Source: a virus
Taxonomy: Duplodnaviria > Caudoviricetes
Direction: 5' to 3' (one strand)
Length of the DNA: 64,000 bases
IMG/VR virus record: IMGVR_UViG_3300049988_000375
Span: 17,354 to 81,353 of that record
Part shown: positions 36,655 through 47,133 of the stretch, in pieces
Numbering within the stretch: position 1 is the stretch's first letter
Layout of the letters: every line of letters begins with the position of its first letter
Notes under the pieces: generated by a model
The model's input: the letters and a program-made list of their open reading frames with translations, nothing else
Databases searched by the model: none
Told to the model about the DNA's origin: nothing
Made by a program: the position numbers and the translations under genes

Positions 36655-37188
36655 ATGCCTCTAATCACCATCACGACGGGCCAGAACCCGCTTATTTACA
36701 CGGGGGTAAATCCGCTAACCCTCTCCACCGCCCCGTGGTACACCTCTGCCAACATCAGTAAGGTGTTCGCGGTCAGCCCGAACGGGCTAGGCTACGCGAG
36801 CGGGCAGCCGGGCAGCCAGTTTGGGGTAACCACCCTCACGGCGGCGGCAGCCAACACGAAACCCACGGGTTTTATCCTCGTGGCGAAGCAGCCCTTCACC
36901 GTGGATGGCACGCAGTTCGGCATTGAAATAGTCGCGCTGCAAGCCAACTTCCCGGTCGGTCAGACTTCGCAGGCCACCATGCGCATCACGGCTGCCACGG
37001 CCGGGGTGTATAACCTGGGCACCTCCACGGGCGCGGGCATTACGCTCGCCGGCCTCAGTGGCCTCGCCTACACGCGGGCGGGGCAGGCGCTCACGGGTGC
37101 CACGACGCTGGCCGCAAACGATGTGGTCGTAGTAACCGCCACCGCTGGCAGCACCACCGACGGCCTGCTCACCTTAACCAAGCAATAG
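36655..37188 (+). CDS. Thr/Gly-rich virion accessory protein
   Basis: 177 aa, beta-rich, within the fibre cluster. Confidence 0.55.
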   Translation: MPLITITTGQNPLIYTGVNPLTLSTAPWYTSANISKVFAVSPNGLGYASGQPGSQFGVTTLTAAAANTKPTGFILVAKQPFTVDGTQFGIEIVALQANFPVGQTSQATMRITAATAGVYNLGTSTGAGITLAGLSGLAYTRAGQALTGATTLAANDVVVVTATAGSTTDGLLTLTKQ

Positions 37189-37194
37189 AACAGG

Positions 37195-40032
37195 ATGAGC
37201 CTTACGAGTTTCTTTCAGGCGGTCCCTGTCACCACGGCGCCCACGGTTTCGGGCTACCGCTACAAGAAGATGGGCCAGTCGCCCTCGGTAGGAGCGGCCC
37301 CCATCGACCCCAACCCCAGCAACGCGAACAGCGTGGCCTACAACCCGCTGGAAACGCTCTCGCAAGGGGCGCTCTCCCGCGTCACGCCTTCGCTGCTGCG
37401 CAAGTTTACCTACGTTCACATCTTCAACAAGGCGGTGCAAGCCTGGCAGCCCTACGAGGTGCGGGTGAACGCCCAAGGCTTTGACGGAAGTGAGTTGGGC
37501 GGGGGCTACGTACCCGGCTTCTGCTCGTTTCTGCCCTTTGCGCAGTGGTGGGAGCAGTTCATGCCCGGCAAGCACCTGTTCTTAGAAAAGGCGGGCGCCG
37601 TGGGCCAGAGCATCGACGTGTTCATGGCGAATTACGGCAATGGGCAGGACAACGTATTTCACCAGGTAGCTAACACGCTCTGGATTCCGGCCGAAAACCA
37701 ACTGCCCGCCTACGCCGCCTCGCTCGGGGTGACGGATATGCAGGTGCTGGGCTACGAGTGGACGCACGGCGAGGCGGAGAACACCAACACCGTTAGTCAG
37801 TACAACGCCAAGCTCCAACAGCTTCTGCTTACGGACCTGGCGCCCTACTGGCCGCGTACGGGCACCGATATACTGGTGATAACGCCCACCATCTACTCGC
37901 TGGCCGTAACGATTGCCAACGCGGTAAACGCGCAGAAAGCCATCTTCATTGCCAATACGCCTCGGGCCGTGACGCACCCCACCGACCAGGTGACCTTGCT
38001 GCGCGACAACGTGCATTGGGGCAGCAATGGCATGTGGATGATTGGCTACTACTACTTGCCCGAGGCGCTGGGCCTGTCGGCCGTGCGCGACAAGTATTTC
38101 TTCAAGAACTACGCGAAGGCTACAGGCACCACCGTAAACAAGTGGCTCGACACGGGCGGCGCCTACAACGACATTGTGGCCGTGCCCGGTCTAGTGCCCG
38201 CCCTCGTGACGGATAGCGCGAGCAATAACTTGGTTTTCACGGTTAGCAGCGGCTCGCGGGCTAAGCTCGTGGCTGCCACCTTCGGGGGCTTCCAGCAGGT
38301 GGACAACACCGAGAAAACCATCACCATTGCCGTGCAGCAGCCCGCCACCACGGCGCCGCAGTTCTTGCTAGAGAACAACCGCTACTCGGTTTCCCCCGGC
38401 TTTAGCTCGGGCGCCGTGGGCAGCCTCAACGCCTATATCGGCGGGCAGCAGGACACCTCCAAGCTCACGGTGCTTACGCTAGAGCTGACGCGCACCAGCA
38501 CCACCGACTCGGACGGGAAGGGCGTGCTGACGCTCTACCGCAACAACCTGCTGGTGGCAAGCGGCCCGTGCTCGATGAGTCGCATCGACGGGGACGGGCT
38601 GGCCTTCCTGAGCCCCTTTAATGAAACCTATGCTAACCAGGCTTCGCAGGCTGGCACGTTCTTCGCGGCCTTCATTGCCTACCCTGGCGTGTCGGCAGCG
38701 CGGCGCAACGCCGAGTACAGCGACCTAACTACGCAGCTTCTTATCGGCAGCACCATGTCGCTGGCAACGCCCGCGCCAACGCCCACCGATGGCGAGCCGA
38801 CCGGCCCTTACGCCGACGCCGTGCTGGCCCCGACCGAGACGGGCCTGACGCTTAGCAATGGCGTGGTGCGGGCGCCCACCACTATTCAGACGACCTACGC
38901 CACGGGCCTGTTCACGGCATTTCTCGCTCCGAATATGTCGGGCGCCGTGTCCACGCAGTTTGTGGATGAAAGCTGCCTGGGCTCTACGCTGAGCCTAAAC
39001 ACCGACCCCAAGCGTGTGCTTACCGGCTACTCGTGGCAGGTTTCGCGTGACAGCGGCTCGGGCTACCAGGTGAACCCGGCTTACAACGGTGTTCCGGTCG
39101 GCACGCCCTTCCCTATTGAAATGGGCCTGCACACGCGGGGCGTTCGCATTGGCGCTACTGGCGTGGTGCGCATTCAGAAAAGCACCGACAGCACGGGCAC
39201 TAGTTGGGTGCCGGTATCGACCGCTGGCTTCCAATTCCAGCAGGAAACCAAGGCGGCCCTCTACCCTGTGGTGGCGCTGGCAACGCCGGGGAATGTGCTC
39301 TACGGGCCGCGCTCGCAAAGCATGTCGCCCTCGACCATTCCGCTACCCAACAGCGGGTTGCTCACCCTCAACTCCCCGCTGTCGCCTTCGACCACGCGGG
39401 GCGGCTTCGCCAACTTCGGCACGGCGGGCATTTCCACGAGCGGCGGGTTTGCCATTAGCGGCTTTTTCAACCTGAGCCAACTACTGGAAAGCGACACTAT
39501 CATTGGCTGTCAGGGTTTTGATGGCAGCCCCAACGAGGCGTTCCTGTTCGATGTGGTGAAAAGCAGCGGCAAGCTCTATACGCGGGTACGCACCACCAAC
39601 GCCCAATATGCCGGCCCTGACGAGCCATCCCGCCCCGTGTTCCCGCTAGGCCAAGAGAATTTCGTGTTTATGGAAACCCTGCCCAGCGGCGGGCGGCTGT
39701 TTCTCAACGACATGAGCGAGGCGGCGGCTATCCCCTTCGCGGTACCGGGTACACTGCCGCAGGTAAGCACCGACTTTCTGATTGGCGCCGGCCGCAAGGA
39801 CGATGGCACCCCCGCCTTTAGCATGATTGGCTCTGCTCGCGATGTATCCTTTGCCATGCGTACGGCCTTTACCACCGAGCAGGAGCGCCTAGCCCTCAAG
39901 GCGGGCACGGCCTTGCTGAGCGGCACGACGCGCTTTAGCACCCTGCGCCGCCAGTACACCAACGACACGCTTTCACCCGACACCGTTTCTACAAGCAACC
40001 CGGTTATCATTCTCGACGGCGGCGGGCTCTAA
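37195..40032 (+). CDS. Tail fibre/spike with SGNH (sialate O-acetylesterase-like) domain and LamG/ConA-like domains
   Basis: GQSI, W.HGE.E and D.VH esterase motifs; C-terminal lectin-like strands (GFFNL..., F.IGAG, IGSARDV). Confidence 0.7.
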   Translation: MSLTSFFQAVPVTTAPTVSGYRYKKMGQSPSVGAAPIDPNPSNANSVAYNPLETLSQGALSRVTPSLLRKFTYVHIFNKAVQAWQPYEVRVNAQGFDGSELGGGYVPGFCSFLPFAQWWEQFMPGKHLFLEKAGAVGQSIDVFMANYGNGQDNVFHQVANTLWIPAENQLPAYAASLGVTDMQVLGYEWTHGEAENTNTVSQYNAKLQQLLLTDLAPYWPRTGTDILVITPTIYSLAVTIANAVNAQKAIFIANTPRAVTHPTDQVTLLRDNVHWGSNGMWMIGYYYLPEALGLSAVRDKYFFKNYAKATGTTVNKWLDTGGAYNDIVAVPGLVPALVTDSASNNLVFTVSSGSRAKLVAATFGGFQQVDNTEKTITIAVQQPATTAPQFLLENNRYSVSPGFSSGAVGSLNAYIGGQQDTSKLTVLTLELTRTSTTDSDGKGVLTLYRNNLLVASGPCSMSRIDGDGLAFLSPFNETYANQASQAGTFFAAFIAYPGVSAARRNAEYSDLTTQLLIGSTMSLATPAPTPTDGEPTGPYADAVLAPTETGLTLSNGVVRAPTTIQTTYATGLFTAFLAPNMSGAVSTQFVDESCLGSTLSLNTDPKRVLTGYSWQVSRDSGSGYQVNPAYNGVPVGTPFPIEMGLHTRGVRIGATGVVRIQKSTDSTGTSWVPVSTAGFQFQQETKAALYPVVALATPGNVLYGPRSQSMSPSTIPLPNSGLLTLNSPLSPSTTRGGFANFGTAGISTSGGFAISGFFNLSQLLESDTIIGCQGFDGSPNEAFLFDVVKSSGKLYTRVRTTNAQYAGPDEPSRPVFPLGQENFVFMETLPSGGRLFLNDMSEAAAIPFAVPGTLPQVSTDFLIGAGRKDDGTPAFSMIGSARDVSFAMRTAFTTEQERLALKAGTALLSGTTRFSTLRRQYTNDTLSPDTVSTSNPVIILDGGGL

Positions 40033-40042
40033 TTAGCTAAGC

Positions 40043-41179
40043 ATGGGCTTCATTACGCGCCAGACGCAAATTATTTACTACCAAGGCAGCCCCGTTAGTA
40101 TCGCCGGGGCTGCCTGGGCGGAGAACGTGGAGCGTGTGTACCACGTCAACGCCACGGGCGCGGGCTGGGTAAGCTACGTGCCGGGTAGTCAATATTCGCT
40201 GGTAAGTACCCTGCTACCCGGTGAGTTCTACGTTATCACCTCCCGCCTTGCCAATCCCAACTACGAGATTGTGGGCATTGACATTGGCCCCTCGGGTCCG
40301 GTGGTACTGCAAGTCGGGCTGGCGAACCTGAACTCCGACGTGACCACGCTGCTAGCCTCTAAGGCTTCGGTTGCCGAGGTACAGCAGCTCGTAGTACAGC
40401 AGGTATTGCAAGCGGGCGGGCAGGTGGCGCTTACGCCATTCACCCCGGCCGCCGTGGCGGGTCAGGCCGTACTCTGGCTCGACGCGGGCGATGCCGCCTC
40501 CCTTACGCTCACCAACAACAACGTAACCGCCTGGCGCAATAAGGCGGGGGCGGGCAGCAACTTCACCCCGGTCGGCGGCCCGCCCACCTACGCCAGCGGA
40601 CGGGTGCATTTTAACCGCTCCATTCTCAGCGGAGCGGGCAGCGCAGCGATAACCGGCGACTTCCTGGTGGCCGTGTTTGCGGCCGGCCTGGATTACAGCG
40701 CCGACAACGTGCTGTGTTGCAGCACCGACGAGGCGTTGGAGCTAGGCACTACGGCGGGCGGCACCTACGGCTTCATCCGGCCGCAGTTCGACAAACAGGC
40801 TCGCAAGCCCGTGCCCGCCAGCAGCAGCGTGCGGTTGCACCTGTTTAGCTTCGAGAACCGCCGCAAGCGCCTGCGCGTGAGCATCGACGGTCAGTTGCCA
40901 GGGTACGAAACTTACAACTCCACCCTGCCGCAAACCCTGCCGCAAAACAGCTACTCGGTGGGTGGGGTGGTGCAGGTGGGTACCGACAACAAGAATTGCG
41001 TGGGCAGCATCTGCGAGGTGGTGGTACTACCTGGCTTAGACATTGACCTGCTGCGCAAGCTAGAAGGCTACGGCCGCGTGCGCTACGGCATCACCCTGCC
41101 CCCAACCCATGTGTACGCCACCCTCGACCCGGTGGCCGAGGATACGACCCTGCCCGATTACAGCCCCCAGCTCGCCTAA
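40043..41179 (+). CDS. Virion protein with LamG/ConA-like domain
   Basis: LWLDAGDA...VTAWRNKAG and GSICEVVV motifs. Confidence 0.65.
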   Translation: MGFITRQTQIIYYQGSPVSIAGAAWAENVERVYHVNATGAGWVSYVPGSQYSLVSTLLPGEFYVITSRLANPNYEIVGIDIGPSGPVVLQVGLANLNSDVTTLLASKASVAEVQQLVVQQVLQAGGQVALTPFTPAAVAGQAVLWLDAGDAASLTLTNNNVTAWRNKAGAGSNFTPVGGPPTYASGRVHFNRSILSGAGSAAITGDFLVAVFAAGLDYSADNVLCCSTDEALELGTTAGGTYGFIRPQFDKQARKPVPASSSVRLHLFSFENRRKRLRVSIDGQLPGYETYNSTLPQTLPQNSYSVGGVVQVGTDNKNCVGSICEVVVLPGLDIDLLRKLEGYGRVRYGITLPPTHVYATLDPVAEDTTLPDYSPQLA

Positions 41180-43125
41180 TGGACCTACTCAAAAAACTGT
41201 TCGTCAATATGGGCGTGCTGCTCGGGCAAACGTCCATGACCTCGTTTCGGCCGAAGGTGGGCAAGCGAACGGACGTGTGGAAGGATGGCACGCCGCTCAT
41301 CACGCAGTACAACGCTGATGGCACCGTGGCACCCGACCCGCGCACGCAGGGGCCGATTGGCGAAGTGCTCTACACCACGGCCTACGGCGACGAGGACGTG
41401 CAGTACTTTGAGAATGTCTTTCCTAACGACGTGCTGGAACTGCGCGACTTCGGCATTACGCCCGATACGCCCGACTGCTCGCCGCTGTGGGAAGCGCTGA
41501 GCAACTACTTCCCCCTCTCGCTGCCGCAGGACTTCCTCTTGCAGCCGGGCCGCTTGTATAAGTTCGCCACTGGCTTGCGCGTGGACTCGCGGGCGCACCG
41601 CATATTCAGCCCCAACCCGCGCAAGCCCGCGAGCGTGCTGGTGCCAGGTGGCGTGATTGCCTTTCAGAGCTACGGCACCAACGGCACGCTGGGCGCCATG
41701 CTCGAAAACATGAAGTTGGGTGTGTACGGGCCGCTGGCAGTAGATGGGGCGAAGGATGGCAACGGGGTGCTCTACCCGCTTAACGATGTGCGCAGCGACG
41801 ACCCCTACGCCTCCAAATACCACGGCGCGTTGATAAGTAACGTTGTAAAGATGCGCAACGTGGAAATCAACGGGTTCAGCGGCTGCGGGCTCTGCGTGAT
41901 TGCCTACATCAACCCCAACGATACTTACACGGCCAACGCCAGCCTGAGCACGTTTCACAGCATTAAGGTCACGGGCTGCCGGGGCGATGGCATCCTGCTC
42001 AATGGGGCCGATGCCAACCACATGCTGTTCTTCGACGTGGATTGCCGCGATAACGAGGGCTTCGGCTACACCGACGACTCGCTGCTGGGCAACCACGCCC
42101 ACTTCATGCACTTCAACAACAACAAGCGCGGCACCTTCCGCGTCCGTGGGCCGGGCAACTCGGCGCTGCTGACCGCCATCTACACCGAAGAGCAGTACAT
42201 CCCCATCACGCACCCCAGCTCCGAGGGCGTAGCCACCGGCAAAGGCTACGGCGGCTACCTCTACGGCAACGCCAAAATGGTCGGCGGCACTACGAACCTA
42301 CCCAGCGGCTCGGGCACGCCTGGCAGCCCTGTATTCTGCTTTGACCGGGCCGAGGCCACGGTGGGGCGGTATTCGAGCGGCATGACCTTCGGCGGTACGG
42401 TGGACGTGGGCAGCAACGGACTCTACTTCGACGGGGGCTTTACCCTCTCGCGGGCGAACGAAGCGGCGGGCTTCCGCTACAAGCTCGGCGGCAGCTACAC
42501 GGCTAACATGGGCGAGTTCACGGGCGCCAACCTGCGCCTGAGTCAGACGGGGCGCCTGATGGTGGACGACAGCGCCAACTTCACCCAGCCCCACATCAAC
42601 GGCTGCCGGCTTATCCAGGTGGACACCTACGAGCGGCTGCGCCTCTACCAGCCCGGCCCTGAGCCCTACGTGTTTTACCCCGGCGACACGGTAACGCGCA
42701 CCTACCCGCTGCCCTGGCTGCCCACCCGCCTGGTGTGCGTGGCGGGTGGCAAGTTCCTCTCAGACTACACTACCCAGCTCACGCTCACGGCCGAGGCGCT
42801 GGGCAGCGGCGAGTACGTGCAGCGGGTCAGCGGCACGGGCACGCTGCCCAAGGCGGGCGACTTCATTACGGGCAACGGCAACGGACCGGTGCAGGTGGCT
42901 TCGGTCGATGAGACGAACCGCATCCTGCGCTTTGCGACTAACGGCTACGAAATGCCGGGTACTACCAATGCGCTGGGCTACGCCAAGCCGGTGTTCCGCC
43001 CCGAGGGTGCGGGGTCGGGCACTAGTGCGCAGCGCCCCGATTTGACGGGCTATGCGGGGCCGTGGCAATACTTTAATACTACCAGTGGTAACTTGCAAAC
43101 GTGGACGGGGGCGGCCTGGCAATAG
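41179..43125 (+). CDS. Tailspike with pectate-lyase-like beta-helix
   Basis: NVEINGFSGCGL and KVTGCRGDGILL beta-helix rungs; C-terminal GTSAQRP...YFNTT...W.G..W motif. Confidence 0.75.
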   Translation: MDLLKKLFVNMGVLLGQTSMTSFRPKVGKRTDVWKDGTPLITQYNADGTVAPDPRTQGPIGEVLYTTAYGDEDVQYFENVFPNDVLELRDFGITPDTPDCSPLWEALSNYFPLSLPQDFLLQPGRLYKFATGLRVDSRAHRIFSPNPRKPASVLVPGGVIAFQSYGTNGTLGAMLENMKLGVYGPLAVDGAKDGNGVLYPLNDVRSDDPYASKYHGALISNVVKMRNVEINGFSGCGLCVIAYINPNDTYTANASLSTFHSIKVTGCRGDGILLNGADANHMLFFDVDCRDNEGFGYTDDSLLGNHAHFMHFNNNKRGTFRVRGPGNSALLTAIYTEEQYIPITHPSSEGVATGKGYGGYLYGNAKMVGGTTNLPSGSGTPGSPVFCFDRAEATVGRYSSGMTFGGTVDVGSNGLYFDGGFTLSRANEAAGFRYKLGGSYTANMGEFTGANLRLSQTGRLMVDDSANFTQPHINGCRLIQVDTYERLRLYQPGPEPYVFYPGDTVTRTYPLPWLPTRLVCVAGGKFLSDYTTQLTLTAEALGSGEYVQRVSGTGTLPKAGDFITGNGNGPVQVASVDETNRILRFATNGYEMPGTTNALGYAKPVFRPEGAGSGTSAQRPDLTGYAGPWQYFNTTSGNLQTWTGAAWQ

Positions 43126-43330
43126 CCCATGCTACCCCTACGCGAAACGTGGCCCCGCCTGCTCTTGTTCTGCTTAGCGGCGGCCCTGGCCTATTGGGGC
43201 ACTCGTTTGCTGCCCGCCTCTTTTCTGCCCTAGCTGCCCGCCGCTCCCATGCGCCCCCCGAAAAAGACCCCGCCCACCGTGGCCCGGCTCACGCCGGATG
43301 AACAGATAGCTAACCCCCTTTTTCTGCACT

Positions 43331-43810
43331 ATGCCGCCGCGTAAAGCCACTGCCTCCGCCCCAGAGGATATGTCGCAACTAGCCGGCCAGGTAAATGTCC
43401 TGTCCGGCCGGGTTGACCGTGTGGAGAAGCGCATGGACACCTACGAGAAGAAGGTTGATGATGTGCAGAAAACGGTGCAACATGGCGCGCAGACAACCGC
43501 CGAGAACAACCTGCTACTACACAAGCTACTATTGGCAGTGCAGGGTCAGCGTGAACCTGGACTAGAAACCCCTGGTCTGCTAGCCCGCTTTACCGAGATG
43601 GAGGAAAGGCTGGGCAATCAGATTAAATGCCACAGTGATGATTTGGCCGATTTGCAAGAGGCCCGGCAGGAGCAAGAGCGAGCCCAAGCCCGCCGCAATG
43701 GCTATATGGCGGGGGCAGCGGCTGTATTTGCCGTGGTATCAGCCTTACTTGGTTGGTATTTCTCAGCTCAGTTACATCATCTATTCGAGTTACTAAACGC
43801 CAAGCCATGA
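43331..43810 (+). CDS. Coiled-coil protein with C-terminal TM (lysis cassette, XhlA/holin-like)
   Basis: Heptad-rich body, single C-terminal TM. Confidence 0.55.
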   Translation: MPPRKATASAPEDMSQLAGQVNVLSGRVDRVEKRMDTYEKKVDDVQKTVQHGAQTTAENNLLLHKLLLAVQGQREPGLETPGLLARFTEMEERLGNQIKCHSDDLADLQEARQEQERAQARRNGYMAGAAAVFAVVSALLGWYFSAQLHHLFELLNAKP

Positions 43811-44202
43811 CCCTAGCCAACGCTATCGCCTTCCTATCGCGAAACTTGCCCCGAATCCTTTCTGGTTGCGCCATCGTGGTGGTAATCGCCCTAGTCGCCA
43901 CCTGCCACTACGCGAGCAAGGTGAACGAGGCCCTAGACACCAACCCGCCGCTGCCCAAGAAGGAGGTAGCCCGCATTGTAGCCAAGCAGCAGGCGGCTGA
44001 GAAGGCGGCGGCCGTGTACCAGCAGGTGGCTAAGGTGAAGGTGCGCGAGGCGGATAGCCTCCACCGGGTTGTTCTCTCCAACGTCAAACAGGCTGACAGC
44101 CTACGCCATGAATCTCAAGCCCTACCCGCTAGCACTGCTGGCCCTCTTAGCCGCATCCAGCGCACACTCGCAAACTACCAAAGCCCCGACACGGCCCGAT
44201 AG
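43807..44202 (+). CDS. Putative inner-membrane spanin (Rz-like)
   Basis: N-terminal TM then coiled coil; overlaps the next gene; ATG 43807. Confidence 0.55.
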   Translation: MTLANAIAFLSRNLPRILSGCAIVVVIALVATCHYASKVNEALDTNPPLPKKEVARIVAKQQAAEKAAAVYQQVAKVKVREADSLHRVVLSNVKQADSLRHESQALPASTAGPLSRIQRTLANYQSPDTAR

Positions 44203-44524
44203 CACGGTCTGCATCCCCGGTGCCGCCGCCCGCCGCATCGACGCCGACCTGCAACGTTACCGGCTGGGCATCGCGGAGAACCACCGCCTGCGTGATGCCG
44301 TGCAGGCCAGCACAAGCGAGACGCGGGCCGTGCGCCACGCCCTCGCGGCCAAGGATAGCGTGGTAGCCTCGGTGGGCGACCAGCTCGTGGGCGAGCGGAT
44401 GCTGCGCTCGCACGCGGAAGGGGAGGGGGCAGTGTGGAAGGCCAAAGCTAAAAAACGCTGGTGGATTATTGTAGGCGAAACCGCCCTAGTTATCGCCGGT
44501 GTCGTACTGGCCGGCAGCCGCTAA
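44108..44524 (+). CDS. Putative second spanin-like component
   Basis: Signal peptide (AHS|Q), coiled coil, C-terminal TM; overlaps the Rz-like gene; ATG 44108. Confidence 0.5.
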   Translation: MNLKPYPLALLALLAASSAHSQTTKAPTRPDSTVCIPGAAARRIDADLQRYRLGIAENHRLRDAVQASTSETRAVRHALAAKDSVVASVGDQLVGERMLRSHAEGEGAVWKAKAKKRWWIIVGETALVIAGVVLAGSR

Positions 44525-44892
44525 TGAGTTTGAAGAAAATACCCGAATCCGAAAAGCCCATCCTGCGGCAGTTCTTCCAGAACGCCAGGGGTAGGGCTGA
44601 CCTAAAGCAGCCAGCCGGCTTTCTAACCCTGCTCACGCTGCTCTACTGCGCCGCTATCAGCGCCACCATCTCAGACGCCCTTGTGTTCACGCTCGGCGCC
44701 GTGATTGTGCTCTGGTGGGTAGGCGACACGACCGAGGCCGTGGCGGTGCTAAAGGCGCTCTATGGTGGCTACCAGCAGAAGGCGACCACCGAGATTAACA
44801 ACACCAGCCAAGGCACCCAATCAGTCACCACGCCCACGGGTGACAGCACCACAATTAATCAGCAAGTCCCCACCGAACCCTCGACCGAATAA
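44524..44892 (+). CDS. Putative holin
   Basis: Two TM helices, directly upstream of the endolysin; ATG 44524. Confidence 0.55.
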   Translation: MSLKKIPESEKPILRQFFQNARGRADLKQPAGFLTLLTLLYCAAISATISDALVFTLGAVIVLWWVGDTTEAVAVLKALYGGYQQKATTEINNTSQGTQSVTTPTGDSTTINQQVPTEPSTE

Positions 44893-45428
44893 TGCTCCCT
44901 ACTCAATTCGCCTTCCTCGCCAACGAGCCCGGCCCCGTCGTGCTGCGCGAAGCCCTCAAAGACCTTGGCCTGCACGAAGTGCCCGGCCCCGGCAACAGCC
45001 CCCGCATCTTGGAAATGGCGCGGCAGGTGGGCGCCGACTCCTACTATAAGCAGGACGCCACGCCTTGGTGCGCGCTGGCAATGAGCGCGTGGGTAAAGGC
45101 GGCGGGCTTTAAGCTGCCCTACGACCCGCTGGCGGCCCTCAATTGGGCCAAATTCGGCAATCCTGTAGCTCCCGGCGAGGCTAGCCTGGGCGACATACTG
45201 GTGAAGGCCCGCGTGGGCGGCGGCCACGTCACGCTTTACGTAGGCGAGACAGCCACCCATTACGCGTGCTTAGGCGGCAATCAGGCGAACTCGGTGTGCA
45301 TCGCGTGGTTTCCCAAGGCGTCATTCAGCGCTATTCGCCGCTGCCCTTGGAAGGTTGCTCAGCCGGCCAACGTGCGGCCCATCAAGTTTAACAAGGCGGG
45401 CGTGTACGTGCCAGTAAGCGAGGCATAG
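44892..45428 (+). CDS. Endolysin, TIGR02594-type Cys/His peptidoglycan hydrolase
   Basis: TPWCAL...GGGHVTLYVG...LGGNQANSV motifs. Confidence 0.85.
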   Translation: MLPTQFAFLANEPGPVVLREALKDLGLHEVPGPGNSPRILEMARQVGADSYYKQDATPWCALAMSAWVKAAGFKLPYDPLAALNWAKFGNPVAPGEASLGDILVKARVGGGHVTLYVGETATHYACLGGNQANSVCIAWFPKASFSAIRRCPWKVAQPANVRPIKFNKAGVYVPVSEA

Positions 45429-45432
45429 CCCG

Positions 45433-45506
45433 CTGCGATTGTCTGAAATTTAGTCGATAAAGTACTGCGATTTACTTTTTTTAGTAAGTAAATCGCAGTA
45501 TCTTTG
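45433..45506 (+). promoter_or_regulatory. Three-site promoter cassette, copy 5
   Basis: CTGCGATT 45433 and 45465, AATCGCAG 45491, TATCTTTG 45499; perfect 15-bp arms TACTGCGATTTACTT around an 8-bp spacer. Confidence 0.85.
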
Positions 45507-45536
45507 CTTCATACCCAATCCTTTATCCGCAACCTC

Positions 45537-46898
45537 GTGGCCGGAAAACTATCAGAGAAATCCATCGCCGGGGCTGCCCGCGCAACTGCTCTCGCCCACC
45601 CTCACTTAACTACGACCGTTGCACTTCGCCAGCAACTAACTGCTGACTACCCGCATCTGGCAAACGAAGATGGGCGGGCGGTGCTCACTGCCTGCCGTAG
45701 AGCCATGAGCAACAGATGCGAGGCCAGTAATTCCGGCGAAGTGCCGCTCGAGCCCGCTGCCCTAAAGGTCACAACGGAAGGGCAAGGTCGCACCATCGAA
45801 TCACTGGCTTCTACTACCGTTCGTACCCTCGACGGGCTGTTGCAGGCTAGTCAAACCGACCCGCTGCTGTGGGAGGTGACGCGCCACGAAATCAACAAGT
45901 GGGACGTGTCGATGAATACGGCTGACGGGCCGGCTGTCGCAACCAACTGGCAGGTAAAGGCGTGGCTCTCGCCAATTGAGCGAGTAAACGAATACACTGT
46001 AGCTGAGATGGCGAAGGTGCTGGCGCCCTTGGTGCGCCGCACTGGTCACGCATTCCGGCCCAAGCAGACCGAGGCGCACGCCGACTATCTATTGGAGCTG
46101 GATATTTTCGACCTGCACTTGGGCAAGCGCGCTGACGTGCTGGAAACGGGCGAGCACTACGACCTGCAAGCAGCCTGTGAACTCTACGATACGGCGGTCG
46201 ATAAGCTACTAGCCCGCGCCGCTGGTTACCCCATCGGCACGGTGTTGCTGCCCGTAGGCAACGACTTCTTTAACTCTGATAGCCTGCTAGGGGCTACCAC
46301 GAAGGGCACCCCGCAGCACGAGGACGCCAGATGGCAGCGCACGTTCGTTACGGGCTCGTCACTGATAATTGGGGCAGTTAATCGGCTACGCGAGAAAGGT
46401 TTGAAGGTGAAGATTGTGACGGTGCCCGGGAATCACGACTATCAAAATACGTTCTTCTTGGGGCAGGTCTTGCAGGCTACGTTCAGCGAGTGCCCCGACG
46501 TGGAAATTGATTGCACTTTCCCGCCCCGCAAGTACGTGCAGTTCCACGACTGCGCTATCATGTTCACCCACGGCAGCGACGAGAAGGAAAGCAACCTGGC
46601 AATGCTTTTCGCGCAGGAACAGCCGCTTATCTGGGCTGCCACCAAGTTCCGCGAAGCACACCTAGCCCACGTTCACCACAAGAAGGAGTTCAAGTACCGC
46701 ACAATGGCCGAGAACATCGGCCTCACGGTGCGCTACATGCGCTCGCTGTCGGCTACCGACGCCTGGCACTTCGCCAAGGGCTACGTAGGCTCTCACCGCT
46801 CGGCAGAAGCCTTCGTGTGGGCGCGTGGCGAGGGCGTGGTGGCCCACCTCACCTACACCTACTCACCCGTTAATCACCTCACGCGGCAAGCCGCATAA
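45537..46898 (+). CDS. Calcineurin-like metallophosphoesterase
   Basis: DLHLG, GNDFF, GNHD, THG and HVHH motifs; the track's TTG 45504 lies inside the -7 box, so GTG 45537 is preferred. Confidence 0.85.
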   Translation: MAGKLSEKSIAGAARATALAHPHLTTTVALRQQLTADYPHLANEDGRAVLTACRRAMSNRCEASNSGEVPLEPAALKVTTEGQGRTIESLASTTVRTLDGLLQASQTDPLLWEVTRHEINKWDVSMNTADGPAVATNWQVKAWLSPIERVNEYTVAEMAKVLAPLVRRTGHAFRPKQTEAHADYLLELDIFDLHLGKRADVLETGEHYDLQAACELYDTAVDKLLARAAGYPIGTVLLPVGNDFFNSDSLLGATTKGTPQHEDARWQRTFVTGSSLIIGAVNRLREKGLKVKIVTVPGNHDYQNTFFLGQVLQATFSECPDVEIDCTFPPRKYVQFHDCAIMFTHGSDEKESNLAMLFAQEQPLIWAATKFREAHLAHVHHKKEFKYRTMAENIGLTVRYMRSLSATDAWHFAKGYVGSHRSAEAFVWARGEGVVAHLTYTYSPVNHLTRQAA

Positions 46899-46909
46899 CC
46901 CCCAACCAA

Positions 46910-47104
46910 ATGAACTACTACCCAGAACAACTTCAATACATTGCCAATGCGTGCTTTGCCTTGAATAAATTGGAGGAGGGCTCCCCAAAAAACCAAGAAG
47001 TGTACATTGGCGAAGTTACTATCTTGGACAGCGACAACAACGTTATTGGGCACCTAAAGGACGAAATCGGTGGAAGTTACTCGTTTTTCCCTGCTGAGAA
47101 ATAA
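46910..47104 (+). CDS. Hypothetical protein
   Basis: 64-aa ORF. Confidence 0.55.
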   Translation: MNYYPEQLQYIANACFALNKLEEGSPKNQEVYIGEVTILDSDNNVIGHLKDEIGGSYSFFPAEK

Positions 47105-47133
47105 CCCTTATCACTTACTAACTACCCCACTTT

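Noticed and set aside
865-43125. Many long opposite-strand or alternate-frame ORFs in the track (e.g. 4953-5744, 6187-7179, 7578-8555, 35313-36512, 41185-42213)
   Set aside because: Shadow ORFs of high-GC genes: fully overlapping well-supported CDSs, with no motifs
43129-43344. Two tiny ORFs (34 and 31 aa) before the lysis cassette
   Set aside because: Too short to support; the first is hydrophobic and may be real, but there is no independent evidence
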